In this document: piece after piece, positions 13,554 to 24,055 of the stretch | Numbering within the stretch: position 1 is the first letter of the stretch | Layout: every line of letters starts with the position of its first letter | From: Minutocellus sp. GHC0000111 | Lineage: Eukaryota | Direction of reading: 5' to 3' | DNA: 64,000 bases | Assembly: GCA_977018835.1 (NCBI GenBank) | Contig: OZ361261.1 | Location: forward strand, 930,001 to 994,000 | Program-made: the position numbers and the translations under genes | The notes under the pieces: generated by a model | What the model was told of the DNA's origin: nothing | The model's database searches: none | Seen by the model: only the letters and a program-made list of their open reading frames with translations

Positions 13554-14057
13554 TCATTCCTTATCCTCGTGCCGTACCATAACATGTTTCGGTTTTCCCT
13601 CCTTCCATTCGATGTTCTCCTTCCATATTGCTCCACCGTCTCCCTCATATACTTCTCTCTTCCATATTGGCACCTTGGCCTTCAATTCATCAACCAAGAA
13701 TTCGACGCAGTGCATGGCCTCCTTTCGATGAGGACTCGACGCGCACAGAATCACGGACGCCGATCCAACGGGACAGTCTCCCAATATATGCACTGCGGCA
13801 ATCTTTCCAATGGTCGAAAATTTCACAGTCGCCTCCTCGCATAGTTTGCGCAGCTCCTTCTCGGCCATGGGAACGTAACCCTCATAGCTGAGATGATTCA
13901 CCTGTTTGCCCTGGAAGTTGTCGCGTGTGATGCCCGCAAAGGAAGATATCGCGCCACACGTTGGCAGATTCACAAAGCTGTGACATTCTTCCAGCGTTGG
14001 GAGGTCTTCGGATACCTTGATGAGGAACCGATCGGTGCTCTGGTCGGCGCTGGACAT
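13554..14057 (-). CDS. MOCS2: Molybdopterin synthase catalytic subunit (MoaE/MOCS2B)
   Basis: CGAISSFAGITRDNF, LSYEGYVPMA, SSPHRKEA, DELKAKVPIWKRE. Confidence 0.92.
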   Translation of the reverse strand: MSSADQSTDRFLIKVSEDLPTLEECHSFVNLPTCGAISSFAGITRDNFQGKQVNHLSYEGYVPMAEKELRKLCEEATVKFSTIGKIAAVHILGDCPVGSASVILCASSPHRKEAMHCVEFLVDELKAKVPIWKREVYEGDGGAIWKENIEWKEGKPKHVMVRHEDKE

Positions 14058-14317
14058 GGTGGGCGCAGGTGGCGGACGGAGGACGAGACGAGATCGAGAT
14101 CGAGAGAAAAAATGAAGCAAAATAGATGCCTGCAGGGGCATGGCAGGCCAAGAGACGATACAGTACTGCAGTACGTCATTCAGAAATATTCTTGAATTCT
14201 TGCGCTCGCGATGTCGATGTGCCGCGTGCCTGTTCATTGCAATCGCAAAGGCGGCCTGCCTCTCTTGAACGCGCTCGACCACCGAGCTCTCCACTTCGTC
14301 AATAGAGTACGACCGGC

Positions 14318-15817
14318 ATGAAGCGCCACATATCAGCTCTATCCACCGTGGTCACGCTGGCGCTGATCAGTTCTCGCTTCGCGCACTCGTTCGTCCCGCC
14401 GCAACATCACGTGCCGGTTCGATTACGAACACGTACGTGGATCGGTGCAAAGAACTCTAACGAAGGCGATAATGCTGATGCTGTGCCCCCAAAGGGAGGA
14501 AAGAAAAAGAGAAAACGAAATCAAAAGCAAAAGGGCTCGGCCGGTGGTGATGCGGGTGTGGAAAACGATGGCAGTGCTGATTCCGTTGCACCATCGCGCC
14601 TTGTTGATGGCGAAGTTCCACCGATACCAACGCTGCAAGGAGGACCGAGAGAAATCTTTGCCATGGCCAGGAGGATGTTGGTTTGGGATGATGAGAATTA
14701 CGTTGGTCAGAACGACACATATCGAACGGGAGAAGAGGCATCGCCGTCTTCATCGGCATTGCCCACAACTGAACCGCTACCTTCGGCAATAGCGGAATCG
14801 CGTCCCTTGCCTCGGTGGCATCCCCACGGGGGCATATCGGACGTCAACCCCTCGTTCCGTTCGGCCCCTCCGGCGATGAGCAATGCAGGATTTGCCGCAT
14901 CGATTCGTCGCAATTCGCGCAAACGAAACAAGCCCAGCCTGTGGCGTCATGCTCTTCGTACATATGATCGAATGAAGGTGTTGGAAGAGGAGGAAAAGAT
15001 GGCACGTAGCAAGGATGCCAAGGAGCAGGGCATTGGCGGCGAGGTTGGGATGGCAGGTCGGCCGAAAGTCAAGGTACGACGGTCAGCTCCCCACTATGAG
15101 AGTGCCATCGTCGCGGCCGGAAAGCTGGGCCTGTGGGAGGAGGCACTTCGAATATTTGAGGATGCAGCTGGCACAAAGTTCACAGGAGCTACATCAGCGC
15201 CGACAAGTGACGCGCAAAATGATTCCCAAAACGAACAAGATGGCGACTCGTCCAGTGTTGCAAAAAAGCGCCGCAGAAGAGTTACGGATAACATGGTTCT
15301 TGCTGTGGTAAGAACAGCGGTTCGTGGGAGCAAGTCAGCCGAAATGAGGCAGATGGATGTGGAATCCAGAAGAGTGCCGTTGGACAAAGTAAGAGATATC
15401 ATCCTCCATATGGAAGATCGCTACGGCCTTTCGGTCGATGCAAGTCACGTGAACCCCCTCGCAGCCGGATATGTAAAACTCGGACTGACCGAGGAAGCTA
15501 CGGATCTGATTCAAACTTGTCTTCCTGATCGAAAGATTCGTTGCGAGACGGATGAAGGTATTATTCTCAACATTAATGAATTCCAATCAAAGAGCCGTGA
15601 GTCCTACTCCCTGCTCGTGAGTGGAGGTGTTGCCAAGGGCGATTGGAAGTCGGCAGTAACGGCCCTGTCGCAAATGGCGGATGCGGGGCTGTATCCATCT
15701 GATAGACAGGTGGCAGTGTGGAATGAGAGCGCTGCCAAGAGGGAGCGTAGAGGCCGCAACAAGAGAAGATCGTGGAAGAAGAGACGAGACGAGTACTGGC
15801 TTCAGAGCTTACAGTGA
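14318..15817 (+). CDS. Plastid-targeted PPR/TPR-like helical-repeat protein
   Basis: Signal peptide ending AHS-FVP; degenerate PPR-like units (HYESAIVAAGKLGLWEEAL, ESYSLLVSG..WKSAVTALSQMADAGLYP). Confidence 0.6.
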   Translation: MKRHISALSTVVTLALISSRFAHSFVPPQHHVPVRLRTRTWIGAKNSNEGDNADAVPPKGGKKKRKRNQKQKGSAGGDAGVENDGSADSVAPSRLVDGEVPPIPTLQGGPREIFAMARRMLVWDDENYVGQNDTYRTGEEASPSSSALPTTEPLPSAIAESRPLPRWHPHGGISDVNPSFRSAPPAMSNAGFAASIRRNSRKRNKPSLWRHALRTYDRMKVLEEEEKMARSKDAKEQGIGGEVGMAGRPKVKVRRSAPHYESAIVAAGKLGLWEEALRIFEDAAGTKFTGATSAPTSDAQNDSQNEQDGDSSSVAKKRRRRVTDNMVLAVVRTAVRGSKSAEMRQMDVESRRVPLDKVRDIILHMEDRYGLSVDASHVNPLAAGYVKLGLTEEATDLIQTCLPDRKIRCETDEGIILNINEFQSKSRESYSLLVSGGVAKGDWKSAVTALSQMADAGLYPSDRQVAVWNESAAKRERRGRNKRRSWKKRRDEYWLQSLQ

Positions 15818-15889
15818 AAACCTGCGAAGAGTATTCGACGCCTGTACATATATAAGTAAAATATAACACAATGCATGCATTAGATAGCG

Positions 15890-16867
15890 TTATCTATCTT
15901 TGCGTTCGTTGAGCCACTCAAACATCTTTTCAGTGGCATTTTTGGCAGTCTTTTGACCCACCATCAAGCCGTGGTCTCCTTTTGGAACTTTCATCATTTC
16001 TTTATCAGAGCACTTTGCCTTCATAAAAAAAGATTCAACTGCCTCCATTGGAATAATCTCGTCAGTTTCACCAGCAATGACCAACAACGACGGAATATCT
16101 AGCTTCAGCTTGCCATTGTTCAGATCCTTCTCAACCCCACCAGAAGTAACGTCGAGCAGCATCTTCGATGTTGATAGTGGCCAACTGCCCTGAAAGTTCC
16201 TCTTGGTGTTGGACGGACAGGCATAATGCGATGGGTCTTCTACCGGGGTCAAGAATCCCGAACTGGGAGCAACTGCTGCCAATACACGAAGTGCACAGAC
16301 AATGGGAGCCGGTGGCACGGCCTCGGGCGCTACTCCAACAGCAGGCACAATGGGTACTGCACCAATAAAACGACCCTTGTACTGAGGATTGGATGCGATC
16401 CTATCGCAAACATACGCTGCCAGCACTCCTCCGAGGGATGCACCACAAATTGCAAATGGAACCTCCGCGGCTTCAGGTGATGATGTTATGTGATGAACAA
16501 AGTCTTCTGCGTGCCCAATCAGGCGAGAGAAGTTTCCGCATACGGAGCGCTTGCCCGTCGATAGACCGTGACCCTCTAACTCGAGCACGGCCAGGCGCCA
16601 GTTGTTTCGTTGCGCCGCTCTTGCTAGATTTTGCACAGTCCAGGTCTCGGCTGATTCGCACACTCCGTGAACAAAGAGAAGGAATGGCCAATTGGAATCG
16701 CCAACATCATCAGTGGCACTTCCAAAGATTTCGACATTGATGAGGCAGCTGGAGGACGACGACGATGAAGGATGGAACGGGCGACGGACCTTGGAGATTA
16801 TGAGATCATCACTGCCGCTGCCCGAGAAGGCGAGCTGGTCGTAACAAGGCTCGAGAGTTGGGGGCAT
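15890..16867 (-). CDS. Alpha/beta hydrolase (monoacylglycerol lipase/lysophospholipase-like)
   Basis: FVHGVCE, ELEGHGLSTG, nucleophile GASLGG, GETDEII, KGDHGL. Confidence 0.85.
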   Translation of the reverse strand: MPPTLEPCYDQLAFSGSGSDDLIISKVRRPFHPSSSSSSSCLINVEIFGSATDDVGDSNWPFLLFVHGVCESAETWTVQNLARAAQRNNWRLAVLELEGHGLSTGKRSVCGNFSRLIGHAEDFVHHITSSPEAAEVPFAICGASLGGVLAAYVCDRIASNPQYKGRFIGAVPIVPAVGVAPEAVPPAPIVCALRVLAAVAPSSGFLTPVEDPSHYACPSNTKRNFQGSWPLSTSKMLLDVTSGGVEKDLNNGKLKLDIPSLLVIAGETDEIIPMEAVESFFMKAKCSDKEMMKVPKGDHGLMVGQKTAKNATEKMFEWLNERKDR

Positions 16868-16884
16868 GGCAAGGTATGAAGGTA

Positions 16885-16946
16885 TGGCGGTCAGTGGTCG
16901 CAGTCGCCGCGCCACGTGGCGGTCAGTGGTCGCAGTCGCCGCGCCA
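16885..16946. repeat. 30-bp perfect direct repeat (period 32) in a short divergent intergenic region
   Basis: tggcggtcagtggtcgcagtcgccgcgcca at 16885-16914 and 16917-16946. Confidence 0.9.
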
Positions 16947-17043
16947 TTGGCGTGGCGATGCGATGGCGATGCGATGGCGGCGGTGTTTCTTCCTGACGTG
17001 TCCGAGCTACTCCAGCAGTTGGCCTCATTTTTCATTCCTCACC

Positions 17044-18495
17044 ATGACGGACCAGGGAGGAGGGCACGCCGGTCTCGGATTCCACACCACCACTGGCGGC
17101 GGAGATGAGGGTGGAGACTCGTCGGCCCTGCTGCTCCAGCAGTACATGTCGCAATGCATCAGCTACCATGAGCAACAGCAACAAGCACAAGATGCTGCGC
17201 CGCCGGGCGCATCTGCCAATCACCAATACGGCGGCCAACATCCACCACCACCACAGCAGCAGCCGACAGCGGCAACGGTACCTTACGACTGGCATGCATC
17301 GCATCATATTCCGTCGACGCCTGCATTTGTTTCGGGCCAGACGTTGCCAGCATCATTTGTTGCGCCTCCATCCGTTGCTGATCATCGGTCCGCCGTGCAG
17401 GTGTTGGTTCCAGCACGTGAGGTTCATGCGGCGGCAGACCACGATCATCCGTCAGATTCAACAGACGATGAAGCAGCTCTCAAAGCACATGTAGACGAAG
17501 CACTGGCCGCTGCTATGCGAGTCCCCCCATCGAGCGCTACTACCTCTGTCGTTGCCCCTCCACCATCTCATCCGCGGATACCAACGTCGATCAGCATCCC
17601 CACCAAACCTCCCTCGGAATATTCCGAAGCCAGAGCCCAGTACGCCGAGATTAGACAGAAACGCCTCCGAGCGGCAATGCTGCGCAATTTCGAGTATGTG
17701 GCTCGGCACGATGAGGCCGACATGCAACGGCACTTGGAGGAGTTGGAACGACAGCGGGAATTGGGCAAAATGATGGACGAGCGGCACAAGAAAAGTTTGG
17801 AGGAACGGATGAGCGCAGCAGCAGCAGCGTCTGCAAAGGCAGAAATGAAGAAGAAGAATGGCGGCGGTGGTGTTGCTGGGGCAGCATCGATGGCTGGCAT
17901 TGGCACCAAATCCCGCCGAAAAATTGAGAAGACCAAGAAAAGGGAGGGACATGTCGTGATTGACACATCCAAGCAACGGGAATTGAGGTGTGCAGTTTAC
18001 ATCACTGGGTTGCCAACTGATCCGACCGCCATGAACGAGGACACATTGGCCGCCTTATTTGCATCTTATGGCGACATCAAGCGTGTGCAGCTTTATGTTG
18101 ATCGAAGAACGGGACGGCGAAAGGGCGATGGGCTGGTGGTATTTGATGCCCCAAGTGGCGGCGGTACCAGCGCGTGGAAGGCCGCTGAAGACATGATCCG
18201 GGCCGTCTGCGAGCAAATGAGCGGCGCGCAGCTTGGCTGTGGTAGCCAGATATCTGTGGAGCCCGCCGATGCCGATTACAAGGCAAGCGGGCGGGCGGCA
18301 AATACTTCGGAGAGCGGGCATTATGGCCCTGCGTCGGCAATGGATTCAGAAGTGGGAGAGGCGGAGGCAGAGGTGGGGGTGGATAAAGAAAAAAGTACTG
18401 GAAACGGTACTGAAAGGAAGGGCGACTCTGCTGAGAAGGACATGGAGGGGGACGAGTCTGAAGATGATCTAGACGACTTTTTTGGTTCTTTGTAA
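17044..18495 (+). CDS. RRM protein (HTATSF1/Cus2-like RRM1)
   Basis: AVYITGLPTD and RRKGDGLVVF RNP motifs; acidic tail DDLDDFFGSL. Confidence 0.7.
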   Translation: MTDQGGGHAGLGFHTTTGGGDEGGDSSALLLQQYMSQCISYHEQQQQAQDAAPPGASANHQYGGQHPPPPQQQPTAATVPYDWHASHHIPSTPAFVSGQTLPASFVAPPSVADHRSAVQVLVPAREVHAAADHDHPSDSTDDEAALKAHVDEALAAAMRVPPSSATTSVVAPPPSHPRIPTSISIPTKPPSEYSEARAQYAEIRQKRLRAAMLRNFEYVARHDEADMQRHLEELERQRELGKMMDERHKKSLEERMSAAAAASAKAEMKKKNGGGGVAGAASMAGIGTKSRRKIEKTKKREGHVVIDTSKQRELRCAVYITGLPTDPTAMNEDTLAALFASYGDIKRVQLYVDRRTGRRKGDGLVVFDAPSGGGTSAWKAAEDMIRAVCEQMSGAQLGCGSQISVEPADADYKASGRAANTSESGHYGPASAMDSEVGEAEAEVGVDKEKSTGNGTERKGDSAEKDMEGDESEDDLDDFFGSL

Positions 18496-18578
18496 ATGGG
18501 AATGTTATTACCGAGCACTAATCTAATACGAAAAAAGGAGAAGACCGGCTTCCATGCCAAGACCCAGAGCTAGAAGAT

Positions 18579-20300
18579 CTAAAGGTAGTGCACCATACAA
18601 CCGTCTGCATGCTCATTCAGCCCTCTGAATCCAAAAGATGCAGGCATATTTTGAGAAGGCAGGTCCCTCAATGACCGCCCAATAATGACGTTTGGGTCTG
18701 CGCGCGAGGGTCTGAGGCCGCAGCCATAGATGCCCATTCTACCAATAAATTTTCGTTGTTTGGGACAGAGGCAGCTGGTAATCTCGGCACATTTCCCGGA
18801 ATCCGAAACATCAATTATTTCTAAACTCTCAGATGCAAGTCTCAATGCCCAGGCACCACGGCTGGGATCCATGTTCAATTTGAGGAATTTCACTTGAGGA
18901 AGACATTGGAGAGTAGCATTAAAACCAATGCTCACCATCTCTTCAATTTCTGAGGGTGACAAGCTGCTCTGCAAAATTAACGAAGCTTCAAAGAATTTGA
19001 TAGATTGCATCGTCGCAACCAAAGGAATGCTAGTGCTGCCCTGCGAAATCCCCGCGTTCATTCTCAGTACTTCGACGTTTGGAAAACAGTGAGAAACAGT
19101 GGTGTAAAATTCGCTTTCTGATACAGATCTCGCAATGTTTTCTTTCATATCGGCCGACACGTTCATGTCGGCAAGCATTTCAGAAGTGTTCCTTCTCCTA
19201 TTGCCTTCCCCTGACACGTCAATAATTGCTCCACAATCCTGCATCGAGTACCATGCCCTCTTGACCATTCCCCCGTCACTATGCCGTCGATCAAGCTTGG
19301 CTTCAAAAGACTTTAGCATTGCAGTATTGCAATGTTCGATGAGAGTAGAGAGTATGCCGAGATCTCTCGATTCTGCTCGAATACGAAAAGTCAACAGTTT
19401 CGCATTGTGCCGCATTAGCCACAAAGCGCAGCAAAGAGCATCACTTCTTTTCACAGCGACAAAGTCTGCCTCGATTAAAGATTCTTTGATGTATGCCGCA
19501 ACTTCTTCCCCAAAGATTTTGGACACAGTCGAAAAGCGGCGGATGATTCTGCACGTATTTGGAAACGAGAGTGCCCTCTGGTGAGGACTGACGGTAATCT
19601 GTGCCATCTGTGTTCGCTCTCTGTTGATTTCGTTCTCTACTTGTGCATTCTCAATGTTTCCCTCGAAGAGACGCCGAGCAAACCAAGAAGCTTCTTCTTG
19701 GACAGTAGAGATGTTTGTTCTCTTGTCCACAAAGAACCCAAATATCTTTGTCCATACATCGCGCGGCATCCGTTCCAAACAAGCGTCGGGATTCTCGTGC
19801 TCCCTACGCAACACTCGGACGGCCGTATCCTTGAGCTTCAGCTTCAACGTCGACAAGGTAACCGCAGAACCTCCATTATTGGGAGGCAAAATGAGGACGC
19901 CTTGCGATGTTAATACACCGAGCATGGCCGACGCTAGCTCCTCGGCCTTGGCTTCCGTGGACTTGCTTGCAAACGTGGGACTTTCGTGGGAAGTCCCGAC
20001 GACGTCGGTGTTTGTTGAAGCATCTCGCTGTTGACCTGCGCAACTTGCAGCGGCAGGGCTAGACCCATTGGTATTGACTAGATCCCAAGTCTGGCTCCTC
20101 CACTTGACAATTTCTCCCTCTCCACTATCATCTCCACCTCCAGCACGCCGGATTTTGACTGTGACCCAACCCCCGGGACGAGGCCCGCCTGTTCCGCCGG
20201 ACGCACTTCCATCAGGAACAACGAGCTCGGCAGTCTCGCCGTTGTAGCGGCGCTTCTTTCCGCGCCCGTTACGTAGGATGAAGGATTTACCGCGGCTCAT
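18579..20300 (-). CDS. Hypothetical protein, possible F-box-like motif plus LRR-like C-terminus
   Basis: Long ORF; LERMPRDVWTKIFGFF resembles an F-box. Confidence 0.5.
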   Translation of the reverse strand: MSRGKSFILRNGRGKKRRYNGETAELVVPDGSASGGTGGPRPGGWVTVKIRRAGGGDDSGEGEIVKWRSQTWDLVNTNGSSPAAASCAGQQRDASTNTDVVGTSHESPTFASKSTEAKAEELASAMLGVLTSQGVLILPPNNGGSAVTLSTLKLKLKDTAVRVLRREHENPDACLERMPRDVWTKIFGFFVDKRTNISTVQEEASWFARRLFEGNIENAQVENEINRERTQMAQITVSPHQRALSFPNTCRIIRRFSTVSKIFGEEVAAYIKESLIEADFVAVKRSDALCCALWLMRHNAKLLTFRIRAESRDLGILSTLIEHCNTAMLKSFEAKLDRRHSDGGMVKRAWYSMQDCGAIIDVSGEGNRRRNTSEMLADMNVSADMKENIARSVSESEFYTTVSHCFPNVEVLRMNAGISQGSTSIPLVATMQSIKFFEASLILQSSLSPSEIEEMVSIGFNATLQCLPQVKFLKLNMDPSRGAWALRLASESLEIIDVSDSGKCAEITSCLCPKQRKFIGRMGIYGCGLRPSRADPNVIIGRSLRDLPSQNMPASFGFRGLNEHADGCMVHYL

Positions 20301-20433
20301 GAATCTATGAGGGGGCAAGAAACTACTAGCTAGAAGCGGAACGGCTCGTACTTATGGACTGCTGTGACTTGGCTTTTCCAACGCAAGGAATTCGTATCTT
20401 GCTTGCTTGTGCGACTTGTGACGCCCGCCTCTT

Positions 20434-20474
20434 GACTCACTCGACTCCTGACTCCTCGACTCACTCGACTCGAC
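20434..20474. repeat. Degenerate GACTC micro-tandem array
   Basis: gactcactcgactcctgactcctcgactcactcgactcgac. Confidence 0.7.
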
Positions 20475-20631
20475 AAGCGGATGGTGGACAGACCACCCGT
20501 TAACCGGGAGATTGGTGTCGTCAATAGCTATGATGGAGATGATGACTTCTCTTTGATAAAAATCATACAGTATGGATTTACAGATACAATACTATTACAC
20601 GCCGGCAGCCTTTCTTGCCGTCCTTTCAACA

Positions 20632-22348
20632 TCAATAGGGCCGATCAAACTCTGGCGAATTCAAGTAACCGCAACACGTGATCACTTTTTGATCATCGAC
20701 CTCGCACTCTCCCATGCCACGTTTCCAATCTTCTCCATTTTGCGTCCGAGGTTTGAATTGGCCTCGGTTGTGAATGACAATTTTGTTTGTTGGCTCCGCC
20801 TTCCCTGGAATCCTCTTAATCTTGATTGCTCCCTTGGGCACGCGAACCATCCGATCCATTGGTTTCATGCGCCTAACTTTTCTGGTTGCCATCGACACCG
20901 CAGTGTAGTAATACGTTAGTTACTCCCCGTTCATCTTGTAATTGTAAAAGCTCCCAGGAATCGTCGATATCCAATGATTTGTAAGACGAAAGAACTACAA
21001 GATCAGCTGGATAGACACCAGCGATGCCAAAGTCGTAGTAGTCTCCGCCCTCTGACCATAGTTCATAACCACAGATACGCATCATGGCACGGATCATTCG
21101 AAAGGATTCCTCCTGGTTTAGGTTCCAAGGATCTACAGGGAACCAAGGGCTTGGATCATCGGCCTCGGTTTGTCGATTCATAAAGCCTAACCCCGTCTGA
21201 CCAATTCTCACCACATATCCAGCATCCTTTTAAGCATGGAAGGCTCTGTAATTCATCATGGGACTCCTCGTCGCAGCCAAGGTTTCGAGGGAATATACTC
21301 TCAACCAGTTTGGTATTGACGGCAGTGTTTGTTCCTTGAAGTTGGCCGCCCTAGCGAAGTTCTGGTGCGCATAAACATCCTGATTTATCAATATTTGCAT
21401 GCCGTGATTGTACGCCACTGCTGGTGTGAATTTGGTCGATGAAGGATAACTATCGACATCGTTTCTAGCCGGTGCATCGAGCAATGCAGCTTTGACCTTG
21501 AAGAGGTTTTCAAGGTCGAAGATCATAAGGCGGTTCTCTGTCCAATCCATGTTGGAACAAAGCCAAGGAAAGCGATTAGGAAGTTCACTGGGCCTTGCCG
21601 CAACACCCCTCCATCCACACACATCATGCCCATGGAGCTGCTCTTCATCCAAGGTTCTCATGGACGGAAATTCTTCAAAAAGATGTGCGTTCATACCCAG
21701 GACTGGTTTGTCGAGATATCTTTCCGGGATCGGCACATTTCGCCTATCGTGTGGATTCTTCACGTAGTATTTGATCAATGAGAAGTCCTTGACCATTTTG
21801 GTAACGATGGTGTCCATACTTTGGTGATATCTGTGTTTTGGGGGAATTGGATGAACGTCGCAATTGTTCTGATGAAGGAATTCGATCGTTGTCCTGGGCA
21901 TCAACTCCTTTCTGGTGTAATCTAATGCAACACGCCGACCAAGGACCTCGCCACCAAAGTTGTCCAGCATGAGCAAAGTTGCGCCAAGTGTGTCCTTACA
22001 ACTAGCGTTTTTCACCATCTCATCGATACCGAACTTTTTCGCTACATCTCCATTGAGAACGAATACCGTCCTCCACTTTGGGTTCAAATGTTGATGGAAG
22101 GAATGACATCCGACCAATGCCTCTCTGTTGGTTACGGCGACAATGACAGGAAGTGTATCGCTTGGGGGGTTGCAGCTGTCGTTTGAATCAACTCGGTCAA
22201 TTACGTGCTCGTAAATGTATTTGGTCGTTGCCATTGCCTTTTCTTTTGGAGCGGCTACAATTTCGGCATTGTTCTGTTGCAGAGCTAGAGCAGCATCTGG
22301 TTGCTTACTGAAGATCTCTGCCAGCTCTTCTTCTGTAAATACTTCCAA
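20632..22348 (-). pseudogene. Interrupted gene of unknown function
   Basis: 372-aa ORF, in-frame TAA at 21232-21230, same frame continues to 20873, then a possible frameshift into 20898-20632. Confidence 0.4.
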
Positions 22349-22817
22349 CCATTGGGATTCAATTTCACTTTATACATGTTCCGAAGACTGTGAAGAAACA
22401 AACACATGGAACAGAAGTGGGGCGAGAATTCGAAGGACGGTCGAAGGTCGAAACATCGTCATGGAATTTCGACTTCTGCGTCGAGAATCATGTGCTGCAA
22501 AATTCCTTATGTCAAAGAAATGGAGACACTAAGGTCGCAGTTGAGATGTATTCGCAAATCCCATCGAGAGGTACATCTAATCAATCAATGCGATGCAGTG
22601 AAGAAAGATCGATCGTACGAGGTCCGGGACAGCAATTTCGGGGACCCGGTTTTTTGGGTCTTCGGACTTTCCGACACGGCGGTTTGCGCGCACCTTGAAA
22701 AACACGCGGCAAAGCAAGCAAATCAAAACACATCCGTCAACAACCGACCTCCAAGCAATTACCACAAATAGACTGGGCAACTTCTGCCGACTGGCGCTTC
22801 AAGAAGCTTCCATACTC

Positions 22818-23960
22818 ATGGATACTCCAAAGGGACACATCTTCAGTCCACCGCGTCCACCGAAACGCGCCGAGGCGACTGCATTCAGCCCCTCGCGCCA
22901 TGAGAAGGAAACTTCCAACGAAACGCCGGAACATCCGCGGTATCGAGAGAACAAGGACAACGATGACGAGGAGGACAACCAAGGGGTCCCACCGGCATCG
23001 TCAGACCTCACATCTCCTCGTGTGTTGAAATATCAACGCGAGTACAACGAAGAGGATGGCTTCGCCGCCGAACAAGCCCAAGCAAGGAAGTACTTGCATC
23101 ATGACATATTGCGTGCCGACTTTCGCGGTACCGCTACCGTTTCATCTCATTCTGATGAAGATGATTCATTCTCAGAGATGAGCATAGCAACCGCCGACGC
23201 AAAGCCAAGCGGCGAGAGGAGAAAGCCCGTGAGCTCATTCGACCTTCCCTCCGCCACGCCCATGGTAACAAGTGTCCAATGTCAGTTCATACTCAGTATG
23301 CTCTTACCCCAAGCCGCTCATGCCCGTCGTTCAGCAACCTTCAATTGTCATCCCCTACCATCTTGGAGCCCTTGCCTCCAACCGAACCAACCGAACGACA
23401 GATTGAACGAGAGGTTGAGGAACATCGGAGGCTTGCGTGCTTTTTGACGTACGGAGAAGCACCACTACCACAAGATATAAAGAACTACAAGTCGCCCACA
23501 TGTAAGCAGAGGCCCGAACCAAGAAGAAAAGAGAAAGGGGTCTACCTCCCCTTCAAACAAGTTCCTGGTTGGGGTAGCGAGGTCGCGGTCACCACAGTGC
23601 TAGGCATGATCGAAGTCGATCGCCAAGTAAGAGAGGGTCGTGGTGCCTACCCGAAAGGGTGGAGAAGCAAGCAGAGAACTCGGATTGTATGATAACAAGA
23701 CAATAGAATTCTCTATTGCATTATCTACTGACAAGATTGCATTAGATGCATATAAGTTGGGATATGAGGATGGGAGTAAACAACCAACTGCTCACCCTGC
23801 CCTCACTGACAATAAACTTGCCGATGCATATGGTGTGAAGCGCGGAAAGATTCGTCAGTCCCTCCACGCTGTGTGGCTTTCTAATGATCATAAGAAGGCC
23901 AAGGAGGCAAAAAAGAATACCGGTAGAAATAGAAGAACAAAGAAGCCCACCGTGATATAA
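22818..23960 (+). CDS. Second (cargo/accessory) gene inside the transposon, unknown function
   Basis: Three consecutive + strand ORFs joinable through candidate introns (~23265-23335, 23502-23561) and one frameshift near 23670; AT-rich 3' region shared with the transposase. Confidence 0.45.
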
Positions 23961-24055
23961 ACAAACCAATGCTGCTGCATCTTACATGTAGATCTATAAA
24001 TAATTTGTAGACGTGTAACATTTATTTAATACATGTGTAAAGATATTAATACTAT

